From Pontimonas sp. (GTDB taxonomy: Bacteria > Actinomycetota > Actinomycetes > Actinomycetales > Microbacteriaceae), in NCBI GenBank assembly GCA_047633115.1, contig JBLIEN010000001.1:1-37785 (forward strand): a stretch of DNA of 37,785 nucleotides. The letters are read 5' to 3'. Every line of letters starts with the position of its first letter. Positions within the stretch are counted from its first letter, which is position 1. Below the pieces are notes generated by a model. It worked only from the letters and a program-made list of their open reading frames with translations. It made no database searches and was not told the origin of the DNA. A program made the position numbers and the translations under genes. This document shows, piece after piece, positions 30,700-37,785 of this stretch.

Positions 30700-31585
30700 A
30701 CCCCGCCAGAATCTCCAAAATTAGGAGAGCCGCCAATCGCGTGGTGCGCTCATCGGGAGAGTCCTGCGACGCGTCAATCTCGGTTATGTCGAAGGACACA
30801 ACTCGCGGGTCTGCAGCCAACAGCCGCACGAGCGTTCTTAGTTCGTAGGCGCTAATTCCCCCGGGAAGCGATGCAGGGCACGCGGGAACGAACGCTCGAT
30901 CACACACGTCGACGTCGATATCGACATGAATATTGCCTCCCCCTGCTCCTGCCGCCACGAAAGCGCGCTCCGTGATGACCTGCAGATTAGAGGCGGTGAT
31001 GTCTCTGCGCGCAATAACGGTGATGTCGTGGAGATTTACGAATTCTGAATATGCCAGGGAGTTCGCAAAGTCCGCAATTCCCAGCTGCGCTATGTGGGGG
31101 CCGGGGAGGCCCAACTCGATGAGTTCCCGTACCGGCGAACCATTGCTTTTTCCTGTTCGCACGTCGAAATGGGCGTCCAGGGTGATGAGTCCGGCGCTGC
31201 TCCAATCACTATCGAGACTCGCAGTAGCTATGGGGACTGTCGCTGAATTGTCGCCTCCCAGGGCGATCACGAGCGAGCTTTGGGAGACGAGCCCTCGAAG
31301 GCGTCCTATCGCACCCTCTCGGTCATCGTCGGGATTCTCCACGTCGCCGGCATCGGTGATCGCCAGCGCGTCAAGACTGCGAACGCCGCTCTCGCCGGTG
31401 TAGAAGGTGTGGGAGTACTTCCTGAGTGACTCCCGAACGGCACCTGGTGTGGTGTCGGCCCGACTGGGGGAAAGCGAGGTCTTGTGTGTGGGAACCCCGA
31501 TGAGAACCACATCCGCATGATCCTGGTGTGCGGGGTAATCACCCGCCCTGGGCCAGGAAGCATCATAGGAAACACCGCTGTTCAC
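30683..31585 (-). CDS. hutG: Formimidoylglutamase (arginase family)
   Basis: GGDNS, DAHFD, SNGSP and DIDVDV.D...PACPAS; convergent on hutI. Confidence 0.85.
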   Translation of the reverse strand: MNSGVSYDASWPRAGDYPAHQDHADVVLIGVPTHKTSLSPSRADTTPGAVRESLRKYSHTFYTGESGVRSLDALAITDAGDVENPDDDREGAIGRLRGLVSQSSLVIALGGDNSATVPIATASLDSDWSSAGLITLDAHFDVRTGKSNGSPVRELIELGLPGPHIAQLGIADFANSLAYSEFVNLHDITVIARRDITASNLQVITERAFVAAGAGGGNIHVDIDVDVCDRAFVPACPASLPGGISAYELRTLVRLLAADPRVVSFDITEIDASQDSPDERTTRLAALLILEILAGFNERP

Positions 31586-31947
31586 GTAACGAGCCTACTG
31601 GGGGAGCCCCTCACATCGTCACGTGCCTGGCGGGGCATGAGACCACCTTTCCTCTTTCACAATCCACTCCACCCCGACCGTTCAGGGACATCATTAGTGA
31701 CACGTTTCGGGAACTCGAAAACCGCGCGAAAGCACCGGTTTTATGTGGATCACCAGGTGATTCGAGGACTCGTTTTCGGAGAATTTTTCCGGCACCCAGG
31801 TTCGTAGCTGATGCCAAGGCTTTGCAGAGGAGGTTCTCAGGTTCACTCTCGCTCACAGACATAGTGTTGCCGAGTGACGATCCATGGCTTCCTTGCATTC
31901 GCTTGGTCTCGCACACCGGTTCGTCCAGAAAATAAGGAGGCATATTA

Positions 31948-32406
31948 ATGCAAAATGAAACTACTGAAACGCCTGGAACTATCGTTGATGTCGCGGTAGC
32001 GGCGGGTTCCTTCACCACCTTGGCCGCAGCTCTTGGAGCAGCTGGCCTCGTCGAGACTCTTCAAGGCGAGGGTCCCTTCACTGTCTTTGCACCCACAGAT
32101 GACGCTTTTGCCGCGTTGCCTGCTGGTCTGGTCGATGCCTTACTCGTGGAGGCAAACCGCGAGGTTTTGGCCCAGGTTCTGACCTATCACGTAGTCGCGG
32201 GAGCTGTGCACGCAGCAGACCTCGCTTCTGGTGATGTGCCAAGCGTCGAAGGTTCTCACATCTCCGTAGTCGTCGATGGCGGTGTTGTCCTCAATGGATC
32301 CGCAAAGGTCGTTACCGCTGACGTTGCAGCATCAAATGGTGTCATTCACATCATCGATGCCGTTATCGTTCCCCCCGCGCTGGATGTCGCGGCTTTGATT
32401 GGCTAA
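31948..32406 (+). CDS. Fasciclin (FAS1) domain protein without a signal peptide
   Basis: [19 protein letters not shown] and [10 protein letters not shown]; AAGGAGG RBS. Confidence 0.93.
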   Translation: MQNETTETPGTIVDVAVAAGSFTTLAAALGAAGLVETLQGEGPFTVFAPTDDAFAALPAGLVDALLVEANREVLAQVLTYHVVAGAVHAADLASGDVPSVEGSHISVVVDGGVVLNGSAKVVTADVAASNGVIHIIDAVIVPPALDVAALIG

Positions 32407-32420
32407 TTAGGCCTTTCAGG

Positions 32421-32461
32421 GATGTGCCCCGGTGCGCTTACGCACCGGGGCACATCTGTTT
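32421..32461 (+). terminator. Strong hairpin terminator after the fasciclin gene
   Basis: Perfect 16-bp stem GATGTGCCCCGGTGCG-CTTA-CGCACCGGGGCACATC followed by TGTTT. Confidence 0.82.
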
Positions 32462-32492
32462 AATGGCCATGTGGTTGTCTCGCTCCCGCAAG

Positions 32493-32566
32493 TGTCAAAA
32501 ATCTTTGACATATGGTTGTCGTTCCCGTATCGTTCATAGTGTCAAATATTCTTTACACTATGAACG
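32493..32566 (+). promoter_or_regulatory. Sigma-A promoter overlapped by two palindromic operators
   Basis: TTGACA (32505-32510), N17, TATCGT (32528-32533). Operators are TGTCAAAAATCTTTGACA and TGTCAAATATTCTTTACA; the second sits within 12-bp perfect arms at 32531-32566. Confidence 0.75.
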
Positions 32567-32575
32567 GGAGAAACT

Positions 32576-33004
32576 ATGTCCTACGAGGAAAAATCTGCAT
32601 GGCTCAATGTCACCGTCTTTACCCTTGTCTACGGGTGGTACATTTTTGATGTTTTCGTGCTGTCCGACGGAACCGCGCTGGTTGACACGCCGTTTCTGTG
32701 GTCGATGATCGGGGCTAGCATCGCCTCTGTCGTGCTGTTGATGATCGGAAACATGGGAATTGCCATTGCGTCCCGCGAAGAAAAAACGAAGCCTGACCCT
32801 CGGGATAAGACGGTGTTTCGTTCTGCCGCCTACAGCAGCCACTGGTTGCTTTACGGCGGAGGTGTCGCGGTGATCGCACTGTCCGTCATGGAAGTCGATT
32901 TCTTCTGGATTGCGAACTTGATGTATTTCACCATGTGGTGCGCCAGCGTGCTTCTGGAATCTCTTCGTGTCGTGTTCTACCGCAGCGGCGTTCCCGCGTG
33001 GTGA
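32576..33004 (+). CDS. Four-helix membrane protein (DUF2178-like, XRE-associated)
   Basis: MSYEEK..W start, DPRD (DERD-like) loop and YRSG end; overlaps the XRE gene via GTGA. Confidence 0.75.
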   Translation: MSYEEKSAWLNVTVFTLVYGWYIFDVFVLSDGTALVDTPFLWSMIGASIASVVLLMIGNMGIAIASREEKTKPDPRDKTVFRSAAYSSHWLLYGGGVAVIALSVMEVDFFWIANLMYFTMWCASVLLESLRVVFYRSGVPAW

Positions 33005-33216
33005 AAGCCACGAGGGTCACGAATGTTATGAAGGAGCTTCGCCAAGCGCGCGGAATAACCCAGGCGGGTTTAGCGAGCTCACTGGGGGTCTCGCGCCAGA
33101 CGGTGAACGCCATTGAAGCAGGAAAATATTCGCCTACACTGGAAGTTGCGATGCTCATAGCCCGGGAGCTCACGCACCCGATGGAAGAAATCTTCCACCT
33201 GGGTGACCCTTCCTGA
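33001..33216 (+). CDS. Small XRE-family helix-turn-helix regulator
   Basis: TQAGLA..LGVSRQTVNAIE.GKYSPTLEVA...EEIF. Confidence 0.92.
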   Translation: MKATRVTNVMKELRQARGITQAGLASSLGVSRQTVNAIEAGKYSPTLEVAMLIARELTHPMEEIFHLGDPS

Positions 33217-33277
33217 GGCGACGGCCTAGTCGCCAAGCCCCCGCGGCTGGCACATAATAAATGTGAGGAGTAGGAAC

Positions 33278-34183
33278 GTGGCAATTAATGTTCGAGGCCT
33301 CAGTAAGTCATATGGCTCGGTCAAGGCTGTCCATGACCTCTCTTTCGAGGTCCCTCAAGGGTCTCTCTTCGCTTTTTTGGGAACCAATGGCGCGGGGAAA
33401 AGCACGACCATTAGTTGCTTGACGACCTTGCTTAAGCCTGACGCGGGCGAGATCACTATTGAGGGCCAGGTCGTAGGCCACAATGACGACGCCATCCGGT
33501 CACTACTGGGGGTGGTATTTCAATCGTCCGTCTTGGACTCTCTGTTGAGCGTAAGGGAAAACCTCATGCTCAAAGGGTCTTTCTACGGGGTGTCCAACTT
33601 GAGTGGTCGCATTGTCGAACTCGCCGAGCTCATCGGGCTCACGGAGTTTCTTGATCAACGGTATGGAACTCTTTCCGGGGGACAACAACGGCGTGCTGAT
33701 ATTGCCAGGGCGCTGCTGCATTCCCCCCGCTACCTTTTCCTTGACGAACCCACCGCGGGTCTTGATCCGCAGAGCCGGGAAAACGTGTGGTCCACTATCG
33801 CCCACATCCGAGAAACTCTTGGTCTCACGGTGTTGCTGACAACCCACTATATGGAGGAGACGGAAAACGCCACCGAGGTGACCATCATCGACAGAGGGTC
33901 GATTGTTGCTCAGGGAACTCCCCGATCTCTTCGGCGCGAACACAGTTCATCTGTGTTGAGCATCGTGACCGAGGCACCTCATGCCGTGGAACAGTACTGT
34001 GCGGATGCGGGGCTGGCGTGCACCAGCGACAAGGAGGGCACTTTTTTGCTCCGTGTCACGGATAGTGAGAGCGCGTTTACCGCCCTCCAACACCTTGGCT
34101 CCATCGTCACGGACTTCGAATTCCGGCATGGAACCATGGATGATGTCTTTCTCGCGTTGACCGACCATCGAGGTGAACAATGA
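33278..34183 (+). CDS. ABC transporter ATP-binding protein (exporter type)
   Basis: GTNGAGKST, LSGGQ, LFLDEPTAGLDP and TTHY; GAGGAG RBS. Confidence 0.93.
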   Translation: MAINVRGLSKSYGSVKAVHDLSFEVPQGSLFAFLGTNGAGKSTTISCLTTLLKPDAGEITIEGQVVGHNDDAIRSLLGVVFQSSVLDSLLSVRENLMLKGSFYGVSNLSGRIVELAELIGLTEFLDQRYGTLSGGQQRRADIARALLHSPRYLFLDEPTAGLDPQSRENVWSTIAHIRETLGLTVLLTTHYMEETENATEVTIIDRGSIVAQGTPRSLRREHSSSVLSIVTEAPHAVEQYCADAGLACTSDKEGTFLLRVTDSESAFTALQHLGSIVTDFEFRHGTMDDVFLALTDHRGEQ

Positions 34184-35058
34184 AACCCCTGATCTCCCTG
34201 GTGGGCCGAAACCTGAGAATCTTCTCCCGAGATCGGGTGGGTGTTTTCTTGTCGATGCTTTCGCCTCTGATTCTTTTCCTTCTTTATGCTTTGTTCTTGG
34301 GAAACCAACAGGTGGAGGCCCTGGGCGAAAGCTTCCCCGGTGCTGAACGGGCAGAGATCGAAGCCTTTATTAACACGTGGGTGTTTTCTGGCATTGTCAT
34401 GATCACCGCGGTCACCACCGGTCTGCAAGCGATGAATGCTCTTGTCGAAGACCAGGTTCAAGGGCGTTTTAAGGATTTTCTGGTCAGCCCGGTGTCGAGG
34501 GGCAACCTGGTTGCGGGGTACCTCGTGTCCGCCATGGTGATTTCTCTCGGAGTAACGGTGTTGGTTTTTGCGATCGGCCAGACGTATTTGAGCCTCTCGG
34601 GACAAAGTTCTCTTTTGCTTATCGACGTCCTTCAGGTTCTTGGCTACATCGCGCTTTTGAGCGTCACCTTTGCCGCGCTGACAGCATTTCTTGCAACGTT
34701 CATTCCCTCGACGAGTGGCTTCACCGCTTTGGCGACCATTGTGGGGACCGTGATGGGGTTTATCGCAGCTATTTATGTACCCATGGGGATACTCCCCGAC
34801 GGAGTGGCCAACGTGATCAGCGCCCTCCCCTTCGCCATTGCAGCGATGCTTCTTCGCGGACCCCTTACGAGTGGGGCGCTTGCCGAGCTAGCCGGAGATA
34901 ACGCCGGGGCGAGCGAAGCGATGGAATCTTTTTACGGACTGACAATTTCGGTGGGGGAGTGGACCCCCACGACCGTTGCAGCGGTCTTCATCTTGCTCGG
35001 CGTTGCTGCGATGTTCACGCTCGCTTCGCTGGCCAGGATTCGTGGCCGGGTGCGCTAA
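34180..35058 (+). CDS. ABC-2 type exporter permease
   Basis: RNLRIFSRD, six TM helices and DFLVSPVSR; ATGA coupling to the ATPase gene. Confidence 0.9.
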   Translation: MKPLISLVGRNLRIFSRDRVGVFLSMLSPLILFLLYALFLGNQQVEALGESFPGAERAEIEAFINTWVFSGIVMITAVTTGLQAMNALVEDQVQGRFKDFLVSPVSRGNLVAGYLVSAMVISLGVTVLVFAIGQTYLSLSGQSSLLLIDVLQVLGYIALLSVTFAALTAFLATFIPSTSGFTALATIVGTVMGFIAAIYVPMGILPDGVANVISALPFAIAAMLLRGPLTSGALAELAGDNAGASEAMESFYGLTISVGEWTPTTVAAVFILLGVAAMFTLASLARIRGRVR

Positions 35059-35124
35059 ACATCGTGGTGCACGAATATTAACGCGAGGAGCCGCTGAGAC
35101 TCTCGGTTTCGCTAATTCCCAGCC

Positions 35125-35838
35125 CTAAAGGGCAAATCCTCCGCCTAGGAGGTTTCCGATACCCCAGGTCAGCGCGAGAGCCAAAGAGCCACCCAGGGTC
35201 ACCCGCAAAATGGGTCTCATCACAGGGCTGAGGCCAAGATACGCCCCCAATCCACCTGTAATGGCCAGTGCCACAATCGAGGCCACAAAAGTCAGCGAAA
35301 TCCGTATTCCCTCGGGGGCAAAAGCAATCGCGAGCATGGGGAGCAGTGCTCCCGCCAAAAAAGCGATGGCGGAGGAGAGAGCCGCTTGCCAAGGACTTGT
35401 GAGCGACTGTTCAGTGATGCCTAGTTCTGCCTCGAGGTGGGCGGCGAGCGCGTCGCGAGCGGTGAGTTCTGTGGCCACCGTTAACGCGGTTGCAGCGCTG
35501 AGTCCTCGTCCCTCATAAATTCCGGCGAGTTCCTGGAGTTCTGCTTCAGGAAACTCTTCTAGCTCCTCACGTTCTTTCGCAATGAGGGCTGCCTCGCTGT
35601 CGCGTTGAGCAGAGACGGAGACGTACTCTCCGAGTGCCATCGAGATAGAACCACCAACGATTCCAGCCGCTCCTGCGACAACGATGGCCGTCGTATCACT
35701 TGTGGCCGCCGCCACACCCACCACCAGCGCCGCGACAGAGACGATGCCATCGTTGGCGCCCAGTACCCCTGCTCGCAGCCAGTTAAGTCGCGACGAGAAG
35801 TTTTCTTTGTGGGGCTCAACGCCATGGTCATTAGACAC
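35125..35838 (-). CDS. VIT1/CCC1 family Fe/Mn transporter
   Basis: LNWLRAGVLGANDGIVS, SMALGEYVSVS and ELG...PWQAA; GTG at 35838 is preferred because of the leaderless signature. Confidence 0.92.
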   Translation of the reverse strand: MSNDHGVEPHKENFSSRLNWLRAGVLGANDGIVSVAALVVGVAAATSDTTAIVVAGAAGIVGGSISMALGEYVSVSAQRDSEAALIAKEREELEEFPEAELQELAGIYEGRGLSAATALTVATELTARDALAAHLEAELGITEQSLTSPWQAALSSAIAFLAGALLPMLAIAFAPEGIRISLTFVASIVALAITGGLGAYLGLSPVMRPILRVTLGGSLALALTWGIGNLLGGGFAL

Positions 35839-35934
35839 GTCAAAAGTGTACTGTGAGCGGGCGTCGACATGGGCAAAAGGCTCTCTGGACCGAGGAGCGA
35901 GCGCGTAGGATGATTCCATTGAGGAGCGTGAACC

Positions 35935-37101
35935 GTGTCAAACCTTTCCTTTTTTTCTAGGCTGCGCGAAGGCCTTCGGGCGGGAGCGGTAAACACCCCA
36001 ACGCCTGTGTTCTTCCTAGTAGGCGGAGTTGCCCTCACCATGGTGGTGGGGCTCGTAGTACAAACGGTGGCACCGCGACCACCACTGATTGTCATCGCGG
36101 ATTCGGGAATGTTCGCTGAGGGGGCAGAGTCTCTCGGCGAAAGCGGCCTGTTCGTCGAATCTGACTATCTTGCCGGCGAGGGGCTCTCCAGCCAACCGGG
36201 GCAAGGCACCGTTTATGAGATGGTTTTGGAGGGGACGCCAGAGGGCGCCCTTCGAACACTAGGTTCGTTTTTCGGGGTCACAGGGGATGCGCTTCAGAGC
36301 GAATATTTCAGTCCCCAGTGGCAAGGCTACGTTGTAGGGTCCGAAGACTGGAGCGCACCTTCCGTAACGGTGACGTGGAATGGTTCTGGAGGCTGGTACT
36401 ACAGCAACCCCTCAGCGTATGTGGACCCCATCTGCGAGGAAATTCCTGCTCCGGAAGGCTCCGGAGAGCTCCCTGGGTGGGAGTGTTATCCCCCGGAACC
36501 AGGGCTCGCCCTCCCTAGCCCTGCGGAGGCGAAAGCGCTGGCGCAAGAGGCTTTCCGCGTCGGCGGCCTCGAGGTCGCGACAGAGGATATTTACGTGTTG
36601 AGCGACGATGAATGGGGCATTGGCGTGAGCGCGACGATGGTGGTTGGGGGAGAGCCGACCGCGCTGGAATGGACCATGTTTTGGGTCCCTGGGCCCACTC
36701 TGGCCTCTGCGACGGGGCACTCGGCGCGCGCGGTCTCTCGTGGCCTCTTTGACACCGTCAGCCCCGAGCATGCGGTTCAACGCCTGGCGTCTGGTAGTTG
36801 GTGGGGCGCACCAGCTCTCGATTATGAACACTCCGACCACCAAGGACATGCGCAGGAGTCCTCCTGGGGGGAGGGGCAACCCCTCGAGGCTCGCGAGCGC
36901 ACGATCATTGGTTCGACTGCGACATCTGTGCTTGTGTGGGATGCGCTCGGCGGGCAGTGGATAGTCCCCGGGTACCTTCTGCGATACGGGCAGGAGGAAT
37001 GGGAAAGAGCTGCCGTTATCTCCTTGCAAGAAGGGGTCATTAAGTTACAAGAGGTCATGGGCATAGACGAAAGTCCTCCTCGAGAGGATGGGAGCGAGTA
37101 G
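35935..37101 (+). CDS. Hypothetical membrane-anchored acidic extracellular protein
   Basis: 388-aa ORF, GAGGAG RBS, one N-terminal TM helix and a Glu/Gly/Trp-rich body; no family recognised. Confidence 0.75.
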   Translation: MSNLSFFSRLREGLRAGAVNTPTPVFFLVGGVALTMVVGLVVQTVAPRPPLIVIADSGMFAEGAESLGESGLFVESDYLAGEGLSSQPGQGTVYEMVLEGTPEGALRTLGSFFGVTGDALQSEYFSPQWQGYVVGSEDWSAPSVTVTWNGSGGWYYSNPSAYVDPICEEIPAPEGSGELPGWECYPPEPGLALPSPAEAKALAQEAFRVGGLEVATEDIYVLSDDEWGIGVSATMVVGGEPTALEWTMFWVPGPTLASATGHSARAVSRGLFDTVSPEHAVQRLASGSWWGAPALDYEHSDHQGHAQESSWGEGQPLEARERTIIGSTATSVLVWDALGGQWIVPGYLLRYGQEEWERAAVISLQEGVIKLQEVMGIDESPPREDGSE

Positions 37102-37106
37102 CCGAC

Positions 37107-37785
37107 ATGGTGATTACCCCTCGCGCGCTGGGGCCTTGGAGGGTCTTCCCCTTAGGACTGGGCTGCATGAACGTTTCGTGGGCAGGCGGTGCCGCTCTGG
37201 ACCCCGAAGCGCGAGCCGCCAGTGCCATTGCTGGCATTCACGCAGGTCTGACAGCCGGGGTGATGCTTTTAGACTCGGCAGACATTTACGCTCCGAGCTG
37301 GGATTCACTCGGGCACAACGAAGCCTTTGTCGCCGAAGCCCTCGCCTCCTGGAATGCGCCCCAAAGCGCGAAAGACGCCGTAGTGGTCGCCACCAAAGGC
37401 GGCATCACCCGGACAGACGGGGAAAAGTGGGGCAGAAATGGGTCGCTGGATTATCTGCTCGCCGCGGCCGAGGCCTCCCGCGAACGTTTGGGCGTCGACA
37501 TGATTGACCTGTGGCAACACCACCGGCTTGACCCTGCGCTGAATCTTGAAACGCAGTGTGAGAACGTGGGGCAACTCAAAGCCAGAGGCGTGGTGGGGCA
37601 GATCGGGGTAAGCAATTACAGTGCATCCCAGCTGCGTCGGGCGATTGACGTTCTTGGTGCGCCCAGCGAGGGTGGCGTTGTCTCGATTCAAAACGAATTC
37701 AGTCCGCTCTACCGCCACGACTTAGATGTTCTTGACGTGTGTGAAGAGTTTGGTGTGGCGTTTTTGCCATGGTCTCCTCTGGGAG
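37107..37785 (+). CDS. Aldo/keto reductase, 3'-truncated by window
   Basis: Not in the ORF track because it has no stop. Manual translation gives PLGLGCM, LDSADIY, VATKGG, IDLWQHH, IGVSN, SIQNEFS and FLPWSPLG. Confidence 0.9.
   Translation, partial: MVITPRALGPWRVFPLGLGCMNVSWAGGAALDPEARAASAIAGIHAGLTAGVMLLDSADIYAPSWDSLGHNEAFVAEALASWNAPQSAKDAVVVATKGGITRTDGEKWGRNGSLDYLLAAAEASRERLGVDMIDLWQHHRLDPALNLETQCENVGQLKARGVVGQIGVSNYSASQLRRAIDVLGAPSEGGVVSIQNEFSPLYRHDLDVLDVCEEFGVAFLPWSPLG

Noticed and set aside
31831-31858. MprA-like TCTCAG direct repeat upstream of fasciclin
   Set aside because: The second half-site is degenerate and the spacing is wrong.
31484-32018. 107-135 aa ORFs in the hutG-fasciclin gap
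   Set aside because: They overlap real genes, have no recognisable domain and show no convincing start signals.
37107-37170. Suspected frameshift at the start of the aldo/keto reductase
   Set aside because: Re-reading shows a continuous frame from ATG 37107 (MVITPRALGPWRVFPLGLGCM). It is missing from the track only because it runs off the window.
25514-37785. Integrated mobile island at tRNA-Ser
   Set aside because: No integrase or transposase is present and I saw no repeat of the tRNA 3' end within the window. The content is accessory, but mobility is unsupported.
1-37785. CRISPR array, rRNA, prophage or IS element
   Set aside because: No regularly spaced repeats, rRNA-like sequence, or phage or transposase motifs were seen.

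Overview
The window looks like a compact chromosomal segment of an actinobacterium. Gene order and protein motifs point to a streamlined Microbacteriaceae member; that taxonomy is inference. Bases 1-25.5 kb are mostly housekeeping: split-alpha transhydrogenase pntAa/pntAb/pntB, YciI, an SDR, a carotenoid prenyltransferase plus desaturase pair, tRNA-Glu/Asp/Phe, an M23 peptidase, ppa, tilS-hpt-ftsH-folEPBK-DUF3180-ydbS/T-DUF2520-panC-lysS, clpC-argA, radA and tRNA-Ser. From 25.5 kb to the end is more accessory: an IclR/HutR-regulated histidine utilisation cluster, a fasciclin protein, a membrane protein/XRE/ABC exporter module, VIT1, an unknown surface protein and a truncated aldo/keto reductase. 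I found no integrase, transposase, CRISPR array or clearly new multi-gene system. The best leads are: (1) an in-frame loss of about 15 aa of a conserved urocanase motif; (2) an unannotated 34-aa membrane microprotein paired with a 58-aa one, divergent from clpC; (3) eight genes with an exact TANNNT-N6-start leaderless signature; (4) a candidate leaderless uORF coupled to the fasciclin gene; (5) a regulator ORF that ends inside the antisense strand of tRNA-Ser; (6) a stand-alone carotenoid elongase/desaturase pair.
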